From a virus, in the IMG/VR virus record IMGVR_UViG_3300021138_002011, positions 32,001-96,000 of that record: 64,000 nt of DNA; one strand, given 5' to 3'. A model generated the notes under the pieces. That model saw only the letters and a list, made by a program, of their open reading frames with translations. It was not told the origin of the DNA and ran no database searches. Shown piece by piece: positions 26,665-36,665 of this stretch (positions within the stretch are counted from its first letter, which is position 1; every line of letters starts with the position of its first letter). The position numbers and the translations under genes were made by a program.

Positions 26665-29430
26665 TCAAGCCTTTAACTTTTTGTTTATAGCAGCGTCAAA
26701 TGTTTCAGGTTCGACTAAACGAATATTTGAAATTTTGATACCATGCAGATCTAACCAATAGCTTCGTGTTGCAGCATTTTCAAACATTTTTTTAGCTTTA
26801 CGTCCAGATTTTGTTTCGTATATAATGCCATAAGGTGTTTGATTTTTGACTGTAGTCAAATCTTTGGCTTTGTTAAGCATTTCTATGCTCTTCAACATTC
26901 CAATTACACCTTCTTGCATGAGTTGACGCACAACGCTGGTTTGCTCGGTTATTTTCTTTTGTGCAGCAATCATTTGTTGACGAATTGCCTCACCTTCTAA
27001 GCCATAACCTACATTCAACGGATCAGTTGTTTTGCCTTCTGCAATCATCTTTTTAAAATTAGTTTTGTGTGCAGCCATGCTATCTGACAGCGCACTAAAA
27101 ACCTGCTTGGCTTCACTTAATGCTGCAACAGCCTGGCTATAGCCTTCTTTTTTTGGTCCAAATTCTTTCCATGCTGTAGCATAAAGGACTTTTTCCCAGT
27201 TTTTGCCATAGCGTTTTTTAAAAGCAGCCTTTTGATCACGTATAAACTTTTCGGCGGTTTTACCTGGAGGAGCTACTTCTTCTATAGTATTCTCAACAAC
27301 TGGAGCATCGCTGTAAATTTTTGTTATGTCTTCCCACTTCTTATCAGCATCGCTTGGCTTAGCCTTTTGATTTGCCATGTTCTTTTTGTATCCTGGCCAT
27401 GTTTCAGATACTTGCTGGTCTTTTATCTTTCCCCACGAGTCTTTTTGTTTTGCACGAATAGCAAAATTCAGTTGTTTAACTGTTTTTTGTTCAGCGGCAC
27501 TACGTTCTTCTTTTTTCATAAGTTTAGCTTTTTTAGCTTTTAGTTCAGCTATGGTATAGCCATCCCATTTTCCCATATCTTTCTTAGCAGTGTGCATTTC
27601 TGTGCCCCAAGCCTCTTGCATTATTTGCATAGTAGCACCGCACTCATTGCAACACATCTTGCCGTTAGATGCTTCCATGTATGTACCTACTCCACATTCG
27701 TTGCAGGTCATCTTGCCTTCGGATACTGGCTTTTTAGCCCGGCCTAATGCAGCCTCGGGAGCAACTGGCTCTTCCTCTGTGTTTTTTGGACCTAGTGCAG
27801 ACATGTCTGCACTTATATCTGTATCATCTGGCGGAGACTCTGGAGAACCTGCTTGCTCTATATCTGATTTTTCAGCTGGTACGCCTCCACCTTGTAAGGT
27901 GGTTATGGCAGCATCAATAGTTTCTTTGGTGTCAGTTGTTACACTGAGCAAGTTGTCAAGTGCTGCTTTTACAGTATCATTAAAACCCGACGCAGCCTCA
28001 ACACCAAACTGTGTACGCATGCTGTCAACTAACGGCATTAGTTCGTTTACTCCAAGTTTAGCTGTATCTTCGGCCATATCTTGAACTTTGCCTGCCATAG
28101 TTTTGGCATTGATTATCAGCGTAGCCTTGGCCAGCTCTTCGTTATTTGGATCAGCATCTTCTACCAACTGCGATTCGGCTATGGCATTTCTTTTGGCACG
28201 GCGTGCTTCAGTAAAATGATCATCTAGTGCATGTTGTTCAAATTGAACGTAATCCATGTAATGCTTGCTGCTACTGATACATTCACTTGCAGTGGTGAGT
28301 TTCATTGCTACCCACCCTTCGAGTTTGTCGCCGGGCTGAATAAGATTAAACAGCTTTGTGCTATATTCAACTATAAGCATTAGGTTTTCTCTGGCAATAC
28401 TGCCACTGGTCTCTCCTAATTCTACATCGTTGTCAATGTCTTCTGGTAACTGATCAGGTTCAAATTTTTTGTAGTAGTCTAGATAATGGTATACTTTATC
28501 TAACATGTTTGCAGATTTTGTAAGGCACGCAGCAATCCATGGTTGAATTTCAGCATTAGGATCAACTTGCTTCAACATGCTCATTGCATATTTTGCATTT
28601 CGGTAAAGTTCGCTTCTAGCCATGCTAGCTTGATATTCGTAATGATGTGCCTGACTAAATGTTGCGTTTCCCGGCATGACCGGTGTGTCAATTACCTGCG
28701 GCTCTAATGTATTGCGTTCGTTTAGTTGCTCGTGAACGTTGTCCATACCTGGGTTAGCGGTTTTGCTTGGTTTGGCTGTCATTATTGACAGTGTTTCATC
28801 TGTGTCAACCGTTGGCAGCGTAGCAACATGTGCCATTCTTTTTGTTAACAAATTTTGGCCAAATTGTTTGATACCATCATTTATCATGTTAGTAACATTG
28901 ATTGGACGAGTAAGCCCTTTGATCCACAGCATGATATCCTTTTCGTCTGGAGTTAGGTCACTTACTCCAGAGGCAAATGGTGTTCCTTTGCTGGATAACT
29001 TATCTGCAATACTAGACAGTGCATTTGAAAATGCAGTTGCAGCGTGGGTTGTCTGTGGTATTTTAGCTGATATATCTGCTAACTGGGTTGAAATTGTTGG
29101 TTTACCTTGCATGGATTCTTCCGTTGTGGATTCGTTCATCTTTAACTTACGTCTACGTTTTGGCCCAATCTCTGTGAGCATAATTTTCATAGCTTCCAAT
29201 ATCAACATTGCCTTTGTATATTGTGGATTTTGTTGATATGAATTAAAGCTGCTTTCGGAAACAATCTTGTTTCTAGTTGATTCCCATGCTGACTGGCATT
29301 CTTTAATTGCAAATTCTGCTGTTGGGCTGCCAAGATCTATTTTAATATGGACACCATGAACATCCTTCAGAGTTGCCAGGACTTGTTGCAGTCTTACCTG
29401 GGATGTGGATTCAAACTGATTTAGATACAT
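26665..29430 (-). CDS. Large acidic helical protein, probable prohead core/internal head protein
   Basis: 921 aa; duplicated module (MARSELY..WIAACLTKS..YLDY and IARENL..WVAMKLTTA..YMDY); many hydrophobic-X-E sites; CNECG pair. Confidence 0.6.
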   Translation of the reverse strand: MYLNQFESTSQVRLQQVLATLKDVHGVHIKIDLGSPTAEFAIKECQSAWESTRNKIVSESSFNSYQQNPQYTKAMLILEAMKIMLTEIGPKRRRKLKMNESTTEESMQGKPTISTQLADISAKIPQTTHAATAFSNALSSIADKLSSKGTPFASGVSDLTPDEKDIMLWIKGLTRPINVTNMINDGIKQFGQNLLTKRMAHVATLPTVDTDETLSIMTAKPSKTANPGMDNVHEQLNERNTLEPQVIDTPVMPGNATFSQAHHYEYQASMARSELYRNAKYAMSMLKQVDPNAEIQPWIAACLTKSANMLDKVYHYLDYYKKFEPDQLPEDIDNDVELGETSGSIARENLMLIVEYSTKLFNLIQPGDKLEGWVAMKLTTASECISSSKHYMDYVQFEQHALDDHFTEARRAKRNAIAESQLVEDADPNNEELAKATLIINAKTMAGKVQDMAEDTAKLGVNELMPLVDSMRTQFGVEAASGFNDTVKAALDNLLSVTTDTKETIDAAITTLQGGGVPAEKSDIEQAGSPESPPDDTDISADMSALGPKNTEEEPVAPEAALGRAKKPVSEGKMTCNECGVGTYMEASNGKMCCNECGATMQIMQEAWGTEMHTAKKDMGKWDGYTIAELKAKKAKLMKKEERSAAEQKTVKQLNFAIRAKQKDSWGKIKDQQVSETWPGYKKNMANQKAKPSDADKKWEDITKIYSDAPVVENTIEEVAPPGKTAEKFIRDQKAAFKKRYGKNWEKVLYATAWKEFGPKKEGYSQAVAALSEAKQVFSALSDSMAAHKTNFKKMIAEGKTTDPLNVGYGLEGEAIRQQMIAAQKKITEQTSVVRQLMQEGVIGMLKSIEMLNKAKDLTTVKNQTPYGIIYETKSGRKAKKMFENAATRSYWLDLHGIKISNIRLVEPETFDAAINKKLKA

Positions 29431-29499
29431 GTGATTAGATCTCCTGGCCGCGCGGGCCTTCCGCTGTTTGGTTATTTATGTCAAACAGCTATAGAGTAA

Positions 29500-29850
29500 C
29501 TAGATTGAAAATGAAGTTCCACATCCGCAGGTGCTAATTGCACTAGGGATATCTACAGTAAAGTAAGATCCGCTGAGATTATTTTTGTAATCTATAACAG
29601 CGTCATCTATAATATCGAGACTAACAGGGTCAACAACTAATTTACCCACACCCATTTCCAAAATTATGTCATCGTCTGCTATATCGGTTGTTAGATCCCA
29701 CGATTTTGAAAAACCCTGGCAGCCGCCGCTGTTAATTGCTAAACGTACTGCACTGCCAGTGGTTTCACATAACGTGTTTATCTGTTTAATAGCAGACTCT
29801 GTTACTTTAACGGGCATTTCCGGCCAACATTTTAATTGACTTTTTGGCAA
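29500..29850 (-). CDS. A-type Fe-S carrier (IscA/HesB family)
   Basis: SGGCQGFS and CGCGTSF. Confidence 0.9.
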   Translation of the reverse strand: MPKSQLKCWPEMPVKVTESAIKQINTLCETTGSAVRLAINSGGCQGFSKSWDLTTDIADDDIILEMGVGKLVVDPVSLDIIDDAVIDYKNNLSGSYFTVDIPSAISTCGCGTSFSI

Positions 29851-30490
29851 TCATGCAACGATCCATACTTGCTTGTAATCGACTTTCATAAATGTCTCTT
29901 TTTGAAGCATCTTTAACTGTAAGCAGTCGACGTTTGTATGTAATTGCATCAACCTTGTGGCTTGTATATGTAGTGTCAGCTTCAAATAGTTTTCTTACAG
30001 CAATGTCATTTGTAAACTTACCTGAGTTGAGTAGTCTTATTACAGCAAGCGCAGTTTCATACAAACTTATGTCGTCGGCTATAGTATCATTTGTCAGGCT
30101 GTTATAAATGCTGTAAAACTGTTTGCCGGCAATACGAGTTGTATCTTCTTTTATTAAAATTTGATAGCGTCCGACTTTAACACCGTTGGTTAACCGTTCA
30201 GTGGTTAATGCTTCTGCAACATCGTTACGCTGGGTTGATTCAGTTATCATATCGTCTACAACATGATTACTTAGATTGTTCAGTCGAGATAATACAGATG
30301 CCATTGCAGTAACATCTGCAGATGTAACTTGTCCTGGCCCTGCTAACTCAACAGAACTGTATGTTTCTGTAATCTGAGTTGAATTGCGAGAAGGTGGTAG
30401 AGGGTTGCCTTCCATAATGCTTTTAAGCCGCTGCATTGCGTCTCGGTCTTCCTGTGTTACTGCCATATTAGCTCTCCCATAGATCCTCAA
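29807..30490 (-). CDS. Hypothetical protein
   Basis: Long ORF in the operon; the real start is probably at MAVTQ. Confidence 0.7.
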   Translation of the reverse strand: MRIYGRANMAVTQEDRDAMQRLKSIMEGNPLPPSRNSTQITETYSSVELAGPGQVTSADVTAMASVLSRLNNLSNHVVDDMITESTQRNDVAEALTTERLTNGVKVGRYQILIKEDTTRIAGKQFYSIYNSLTNDTIADDISLYETALAVIRLLNSGKFTNDIAVRKLFEADTTYTSHKVDAITYKRRLLTVKDASKRDIYESRLQASMDRCMIAKKSIKMLAGNAR

Positions 30491-30698
30491 GATCGTTTAC
30501 TACAAAACATAGATTACCTTCGTAAACGAGTCTGGTCAATAAACCTCTTTTTACAAGATTCCTTGCAAGCTCTTGCTCGCGTTCATCTAGTATTGCTTTA
30601 GGAAGTGGACCATCATACCCTCTAACTCGTTCTACAATAACGTTTTCTTCATTGCTCACAGGTTGTAAAAAGCCACCTCGCACTTCAATAAATTTCAA
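30468..30698 (-). CDS. Small hypothetical protein
   Basis: TTG start with GGAG RBS. Confidence 0.65.
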   Translation of the reverse strand: MKFIEVRGGFLQPVSNEENVIVERVRGYDGPLPKAILDEREQELARNLVKRGLLTRLVYEGNLCFVVNDLEDLWES

Positions 30699-30711
30699 GT
30701 GGTATTCTCCG

Positions 30712-31395
30712 TTACTTGGCTTGAGTCATGCTTTTAGCAGCAGTCATTAGTGCTGCTCCTAATCCAACTGCCATATTAATTTTGTTTTCAAGATCAGATG
30801 TAACCTTGCCGCGTAATGGTTCGACTTGACTTTCGAGCCCTACCATAATTTGGCCAATAGTTGCAAGACGAGCTGCATCTGGATTGTTGCGATACTCGCC
30901 GTTTAAGTTTGCGTTAAATAGTTGCTGAAACATGTTTGTAGAGTCTGCTTCTTCTATTTCTTCAGTTTCAACTACAGGTTCTACAATGGTTGGTGTGCCG
31001 ATTCCAGCAAGCTGCATTATTCTGTTAATTGGATTAAGCGGTTGCATACCACCTAACACACCCTCATCAAGACGTTCTAGTCTAGATACTAACACCATTT
31101 TTGTACGCCCTTCAAATAGTATGCCAATGGTTCCGTTTGGTCCTTTTGGTACTGTAACTTCAACTGCATGAGATTCGTAAACAGCGATGTCGCCCTTTTC
31201 CCAGGTTATGCATTGTTCGGTATCTACTTCGTTTATGCGTAATTGGTGTTTGGCCTTACGACTCCAACGATCGTTTTCTGTATTCCATAAAACTAAATCT
31301 TCGTTGGTTTGTTCAGCTACTATTTTCATAGGTTTCATGTCAGTGTCCTCCGTTGTTCCACGCACTTGTGCAATGTAATCTAAAAATGTCTTCAT
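30712..31395 (-). CDS. Probable internal head protein
   Basis: MKTFLDYIA N-terminus; RIMQLAGI motif. Confidence 0.55.
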   Translation of the reverse strand: MKTFLDYIAQVRGTTEDTDMKPMKIVAEQTNEDLVLWNTENDRWSRKAKHQLRINEVDTEQCITWEKGDIAVYESHAVEVTVPKGPNGTIGILFEGRTKMVLVSRLERLDEGVLGGMQPLNPINRIMQLAGIGTPTIVEPVVETEEIEEADSTNMFQQLFNANLNGEYRNNPDAARLATIGQIMVGLESQVEPLRGKVTSDLENKINMAVGLGAALMTAAKSMTQAK

Positions 31396-31578
31396 GATCG
31401 GTCCTTGCTTATTGGAAACATTGGTTTTTCAGACTGATCGTTGTCGGTAGTCTGCATAAGTTCACGCGCAACATGAATAAGCTTACCATCCTTGCGAAGG
31501 ATAGCTATTTCTGTTGGTATATTTGATTTGAAAAAATGATCTAATAACATGATTCGATATTTATTACTATATCACAAA

Positions 31579-31602
31579 GAAAGGCGCATTGCTGCGCCTT
31601 TC
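31579..31602 (-). terminator. Terminator hairpin downstream of ORF 31631-32434
   Basis: GAAAGGCGCA/TGCGCCTTTC stem. Confidence 0.7.
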
Positions 31603-31630
31603 CTGAATAATATGTGCGTTAAAGGCAATA

Positions 31631-32434
31631 TTACGGAGTTGGTAGTGCGTTCTGATTTGGAACGTTTGGTGACCCAGCGTTTGCCAATGTTGCAACATAG
31701 GCAACTGTGTTGATGATTGTCTGAGAAGAACCATTAACAGTTGCTGGATTAACAATGAACGAGTTTGTGTTAACGTTCACAGTCTGTCCGCTTAGCGATG
31801 TTACTGTACCTGTTGTTGTTGACAGGTCAAGAACTTCACTTTGTAAGTCAAATACTGGTACGCCAGCTGCTGTAGCACTGTTCAATGCATCTAGGAACTG
31901 ATAGCCAGTTGTGTTGCTGTCCCAGCTTGCGCTGTCAACAGTTGATCCACTTACATACCAATAACCAGTGCGCTCAGTGATAAATTTGATGTAATAAACA
32001 GTTTGTGAGCTGCCGTAATAGGCACCAAAGTTATTGCTGTAGCTGAAGTTTGTGCTAGCGTTTAGCTGTGTAGCAGTTAGGTTGACAGCACTTGGGTTGC
32101 TAGATGTAGCATAGTTTACACTAACAGCCACTGGGTTAACATTCTGGGCAAAAAGCTGAGTTAGAATGTTAAGGTTGGTCTGCTTTGTGTACGCATCTTG
32201 GTATTGACCTGCGGTGCTGTATGTTTGCGCAGTGCCTGTTCCGTCTACAACGGTAATTGGCTGCCAAGTGCTGTAACCTTGCTGTGTATACAGAAGGTTA
32301 ATTGGGGTGTCGACGTTGGTTTGGAAGCATGGTACCAATGTAGCAATGGTGAAAAAGTCCATGCTGCCAGTGAGGAAGTTACCCCCAAGAGCGCCGCCGT
32401 TAACCCGGTTGTAAGTGCCTGAATTATAGGCCAT
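31631..32434 (-). CDS. Putative abundant virion structural protein
   Basis: Strong RBS, own TAAATA promoter and terminator; T/N/S-rich. Confidence 0.6.
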   Translation of the reverse strand: MAYNSGTYNRVNGGALGGNFLTGSMDFFTIATLVPCFQTNVDTPINLLYTQQGYSTWQPITVVDGTGTAQTYSTAGQYQDAYTKQTNLNILTQLFAQNVNPVAVSVNYATSSNPSAVNLTATQLNASTNFSYSNNFGAYYGSSQTVYYIKFITERTGYWYVSGSTVDSASWDSNTTGYQFLDALNSATAAGVPVFDLQSEVLDLSTTTGTVTSLSGQTVNVNTNSFIVNPATVNGSSQTIINTVAYVATLANAGSPNVPNQNALPTP

Positions 32435-32497
32435 TGTTTGTTCTCCTTGTTAAGTGCAAACTTTGTTTTGCAGAGTTATTTATGTTAATTTGTATTT

Positions 32498-34843
32498 TTA
32501 GCTCTTTTTGCGCTGCTTCTTAGTGATCTTTGATTTTTTTGGTGGCAAGGTTCCTGCCGGTCCAAAAAAGCTTTGTCCCGCTGGCATTCTACGTATCATA
32601 GGCATAAGTGGCCCACCTGCGCCTGGTAGATTAGCAACACTGCCAGCAGAAGTGCTGCCGCCGGATGCATATTCAGCAATAAGTATAACTTTTTTGCTGT
32701 TATTTTCTTTTATCACCGAGACATATCCAAGTTCCGACCAACTTACATTGTGCTCTTTTAGCATCTTATCTACCATGTCAAAAGCAGATTCTTCTACTAT
32801 TTTTGCATTAGGTAACAACGCTAATATTTCATTTTTCTTGTTATTTGATATTCGTTTATTAGCTGCTAAAGCTGTTTGCACTTGATGAAGACCTGCGTTG
32901 GTTAGGCTTTTAGGTTGTATTAGTTGTTTAATTTTTTCAACATTTCTACCTTTTACAGCGGCTAAAAGTGCGTCTTCGGGGTTGCTAGCAGGAACAGAAG
33001 ATGACGCAGGTTGTGTTGCTGCCGGTTGTGTTGCTGCCGGTTGTGTAAACTTAGCCACCTCGTCAGCAGATTTTTTCAATAACGCCATTGCTTTTGTTTT
33101 TGCGTCCGGGTCATTGCTTTTTAGTAAAGCTTCTACCTGTGCTTTTACTTTGGTTAAAATATTGTTAGCACCTTCATTACCTAAATCAACTGAAAGGTTG
33201 CTAACAATTGTGTCAACTAAGCTTGTATCGGTGTCTGGTGGCATCATAGCAGGAGTTTGATCCTCGAGACCAGCGTCTTTAAAAATGGTTGTTATTGCGT
33301 TGTTATCAAATCCTTGTGCTGCCAGTATTTTTGCAATAGCAGCGCTGTCAGTCGGTCTGTTTGCGTTTTCCCATGCTGCACGTAGTTTCTTTTGTGTAAC
33401 TTGGTTGGTATATTCGCTTGCAACTTGGCCAAGTTTTGCGGATGCGGTAGTTGCTAGTTTCGTTGCCAATCCTTTTGTTTTATCCCATGCTCCCTTAAAA
33501 TCTACTTCGTTTAATGCTTCTGTATTTTTTCTTTCGGTACCTGCAAATCCTGCTGCACCTGCGTTGGCTGCTGCTGCCAGCCCTTGAGATAGGGTTCGCA
33601 CATGAGATTCAAAATCACTTGCAACTTTCATTATGGCACTAGATGCAGCGCTTTCATCCGACAACTCTTTACCAAAAAATGTAGACATAAGGTTTGTCAA
33701 CACTTTACCGCCTTTTTCAGAACGAGTAAATTGTTTAACTAACTCTTGTGGATACGGAGTACGATCGGCCAAATTTTGCAAAAGTTTGCTAGCATCATCT
33801 AGTTTTCCGTCATTTACCAACTGCTGAGACTTGTCAATTATATTTTGTATAGCTGCTATTTCTTTAGGTGTTCCTAGGAAGTTTAGGTAAGCTGATTTAA
33901 CATTGCCTTGACCATCAACAATATTAATTGTTGTTTGGTAGCTTGAAATGTTTACACCTGGGTCAGCTGCTGTTTGCGTGGTATAGACATTTCTAATCAT
34001 AGGATCACCAATTAGGTGTTGAAGTTCGTCTACTCCCATATGTGCAATAGCACCAACCATTGCACCCCATAATCCTTTGCCGGCGGCTGTGCTGAGTTTC
34101 TCGCCTTTTACAAGTTCCATTGCAAATCTCAAAAAATACCCAATTATAGCCGATTTACTGACTCCTGCTACTGCTAGCATAGGTGCAACTGTTACTCCAC
34201 CGGTACCTAGGGTCACAGTTGCCAACAGTGTAAGAACTGAAACAATTCCTGCGCCATACATAGGATGTTTTCTTAACCATGCACCTAGCTCCTTTGTAAG
34301 TTTGCTGAGCTCGCTGTCTGGGCCGCCAACTGCTGCTTCAAGTTTTGCAACGGCCTTATCATACAATGCGTCTATATTTTTAACAGTTTTTGTGTTTTGT
34401 AATAGCTCACCTATTTTGTTTTTTATCTTGTTTTGTAAAACGACTGCTTGAGCAAGTTTTTTACCGCCTACTTTGGCCACATCAACTGCTTTACCAGCTA
34501 CGTTTTTACCAATATCGGCTGCTTTCCCTACAGCTGTTCTATTTTTCCCACTAGCATTAGCATGATCTACTGCTTTTCCAAACAGTTGCGAAATTTGGTT
34601 AGGCTCCAATTCTGCTTCGGCTACAAATGTTAAAAATTCGAGCAAGAGAGGTAACGCATCTTGTTCCCATTTACTGAAATATCGTGCTTCATCAATAGAA
34701 ACACTTTCAAATATTCCCAAATGTGAAAATGGTATACTACTAGTAGTGCTTGATAACGTTGCGCGGTTAGATGCTGTTTCAAAAAGAATATTGATTTGTA
34801 ACTGTGTTAACTTTGTCGAGTCAACTATATCGGTAATTTTCAT
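32498..34843 (-). CDS. Large Ala/Lys-rich protein with a hydrophobic segment (possible internal or ejection protein)
   Basis: 781 aa; hydrophobic YGAGIVSVLTLLATVTLG..MLAVAGV; PAATQ repeat. Confidence 0.6.
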   Translation of the reverse strand: MKITDIVDSTKLTQLQINILFETASNRATLSSTTSSIPFSHLGIFESVSIDEARYFSKWEQDALPLLLEFLTFVAEAELEPNQISQLFGKAVDHANASGKNRTAVGKAADIGKNVAGKAVDVAKVGGKKLAQAVVLQNKIKNKIGELLQNTKTVKNIDALYDKAVAKLEAAVGGPDSELSKLTKELGAWLRKHPMYGAGIVSVLTLLATVTLGTGGVTVAPMLAVAGVSKSAIIGYFLRFAMELVKGEKLSTAAGKGLWGAMVGAIAHMGVDELQHLIGDPMIRNVYTTQTAADPGVNISSYQTTINIVDGQGNVKSAYLNFLGTPKEIAAIQNIIDKSQQLVNDGKLDDASKLLQNLADRTPYPQELVKQFTRSEKGGKVLTNLMSTFFGKELSDESAASSAIMKVASDFESHVRTLSQGLAAAANAGAAGFAGTERKNTEALNEVDFKGAWDKTKGLATKLATTASAKLGQVASEYTNQVTQKKLRAAWENANRPTDSAAIAKILAAQGFDNNAITTIFKDAGLEDQTPAMMPPDTDTSLVDTIVSNLSVDLGNEGANNILTKVKAQVEALLKSNDPDAKTKAMALLKKSADEVAKFTQPAATQPAATQPASSSVPASNPEDALLAAVKGRNVEKIKQLIQPKSLTNAGLHQVQTALAANKRISNNKKNEILALLPNAKIVEESAFDMVDKMLKEHNVSWSELGYVSVIKENNSKKVILIAEYASGGSTSAGSVANLPGAGGPLMPMIRRMPAGQSFFGPAGTLPPKKSKITKKQRKKS
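33009..33046. repeat. 15-bp tandem repeat (about 2.5 copies) encoding TQPAA
   Basis: ggttgtgttgctgcc twice plus a partial copy. Confidence 0.85.
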
Positions 34844-35607
34844 GGGTTGGCTCCGGCTAAGTTGTGCATAGCAAGTTGCAGTTGATATAATATGTTTGCC
34901 GCATTGTCAGCTTGTTGGTTACCTGTTGTAACGGGCTTCTGCGGAGCTACTGCAGGATTATATGCAGAGGCAGTTGGCGCTGGTTGGGCAGTTGCTGTAG
35001 TAGGGGCTGTAGTAGGGGCTGTAGTAGGGGCTGTGGTAGGGGCAGTAGCAGTGGGCGTACCGGTTCCAGGCGGGCCTGCTAAACCAGCTGTATTTTGAGA
35101 TGTGCCACCGGCTGCATCTTCTAAATGCTTAATAGCTGCCAGCTCTAAAATGTAGGTTATAATCGCTTGCCCAGTTTTCATGCTGTTAGGATTGGCAGGA
35201 TCGCCACTAACGGCGCTGTCTGGGTGTCCCCAGTTAGTAGATGAAGGCATTGTAAGTTTGCTTGCGTTAAGTATTTTGTTTACACCAGTTTTGGTATCGG
35301 TAGACATTAACAATTGTTTCGCATCGGCAGGGCTAATACCTAGTTGGTTTTTTATAGTCAGATATTTAAACAATGAATTCCATGTTACATTACTAAAATC
35401 TTTCTTAAGCCTTCCCATGTATTGTGCAAACCTGTTAAGAGAAAGTTTTGTAAGATCGCTTACTTCCCGTTGACCGTGTTTTCTTGCCCGAGCAACGGGA
35501 TCTAGTACAGGTGCAACCTTTTTAAGAAAATCAAGAATGCCTTCATCTACTTCAAGGCTGTTTTTGTTTTCTACAATCTGGATGAGATTGCGCATACTAT
35601 CGCTCAT
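34840..35607 (-). CDS. Hypothetical protein, probably head-associated, with a Thr/Pro linker
   Basis: VDEGILDFLKK and TAPT repeats. Confidence 0.65.
   Translation of the reverse strand: MSDSMRNLIQIVENKNSLEVDEGILDFLKKVAPVLDPVARARKHGQREVSDLTKLSLNRFAQYMGRLKKDFSNVTWNSLFKYLTIKNQLGISPADAKQLLMSTDTKTGVNKILNASKLTMPSSTNWGHPDSAVSGDPANPNSMKTGQAIITYILELAAIKHLEDAAGGTSQNTAGLAGPPGTGTPTATAPTTAPTTAPTTAPTTATAQPAPTASAYNPAVAPQKPVTTGNQQADNAANILYQLQLAMHNLAGANP
34994..35043. repeat. 12-bp tandem repeat (4 copies) encoding TAPT
   Basis: gctgtagtaggg four times, one copy variant. Confidence 0.9.
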
Positions 35608-35849
35608 CTTTCTTTCCTTATTTCTTTAATTTTGCGCGTGAACTTTTTGTCGTCTTCGCTCATTATGCTACGATGCAATCGTTTAACAAGATCTTCGGCT
35701 TGTTCGTCTGGGTAGCTTTCTCTTATTAATCTCACCAGATTAATTGCACTAGCTATTAGATGTGTAGCCCGGCTTTCTATAACGGTATGTTTACTTTTTG
35801 CAGGAACTATTGCATCAAGCTCGTCTATAATGTTTTTTAATGCGTCCAC
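35604..35849 (-). CDS. Small hypothetical protein
   Basis: 81 aa, GTG start with AAGGA. Confidence 0.7.
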   Translation of the reverse strand: MDALKNIIDELDAIVPAKSKHTVIESRATHLIASAINLVRLIRESYPDEQAEDLVKRLHRSIMSEDDKKFTRKIKEIRKER

Positions 35850-35874
35850 GTGAAGGTTCCTTATAATCGTCTGA

Positions 35875-35906
35875 TATTTATGTTCGTTTGGTGCTGTATA
35901 TAAATA
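35875..35906. promoter_or_regulatory. Divergent pair of late-type promoters
   Basis: TAAATA on the minus strand (35875-35880) and TATAAATA on the plus strand (35899-35906). Confidence 0.6.
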
Positions 35907-35928
35907 GCATTACATTTTGGAGACATTC

Positions 35929-36663
35929 ATGACACAGTTTACCGCAGAAAATTTTAGAGTTATAGTTGACAAACTAAACGAATACATGTTTGCGGTTACA
36001 GAAGACGACTCTGTGCCTAGCAACACAAGTCAGCCTGTGTCTACGATGTTGACAACGCCTGCCGAAATTAAAAAAATTTCCGGAAGCCTTAATGCTGACG
36101 CACTTATATCAATACTTGAGATTCCATCCGATATGCAATCCAATTTTAAAAGCGCACTAACTGCGCTGCAGGAAGACAATCCAACATTGAATCCCAATCA
36201 AGCATTGGCATTAGCCACTGCATTTGATCATTTGTTAAGTTTGCCATCTATGCAAAAAGCACAAACAATGGGCCAGCTCAAAACAGTAGGCCCGGATAAC
36301 GTAACCGAGACACAAGAAGATACCAGCAACCATGTAACAATAGATGATGTTGTTAAATGTGTACAATCTGCTAGCGAAGCTAGTCCTGTAGCAAAGTTGC
36401 AAACAACAAAGTTAGTTACATATCTTAGTAATGGTATTAAAAATCGCAATGTTGATGGTGGTATGCGCCATGTAATGTCGGGTATTGTTGACGCAATAAA
36501 TGCTGCACAAAGTGACAAAGAAACCGATGCATTAAAACACATATCAAGTATGGTAAATCATGTCGAAGGCGACAAACATGCCTTCGACAGTGAAATATTT
36601 CCTAATCTAATTGTAAGTTTAATGCTGCTGGTAGGTGATATTCTACAACATAGTGCAAAGTAG
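35929..36663 (+). CDS. Hypothetical protein
   Basis: ATG at 35929 preceded by GGAG. Confidence 0.7.
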   Translation: MTQFTAENFRVIVDKLNEYMFAVTEDDSVPSNTSQPVSTMLTTPAEIKKISGSLNADALISILEIPSDMQSNFKSALTALQEDNPTLNPNQALALATAFDHLLSLPSMQKAQTMGQLKTVGPDNVTETQEDTSNHVTIDDVVKCVQSASEASPVAKLQTTKLVTYLSNGIKNRNVDGGMRHVMSGIVDAINAAQSDKETDALKHISSMVNHVEGDKHAFDSEIFPNLIVSLMLLVGDILQHSAK

Positions 36664-36665
36664 AA

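Noticed and set aside
34994-35043. Tandem repeats as a CRISPR array or DGR
   Set aside because: They are in-frame coding repeats without spacers, and no reverse transcriptase is present in the window.
27232-35473. Numerous plus-strand ORFs antisense to long genes
   Set aside because: They have no RBS or motifs and are typical antisense shadows of codon-biased genes; the same applies elsewhere in the window.
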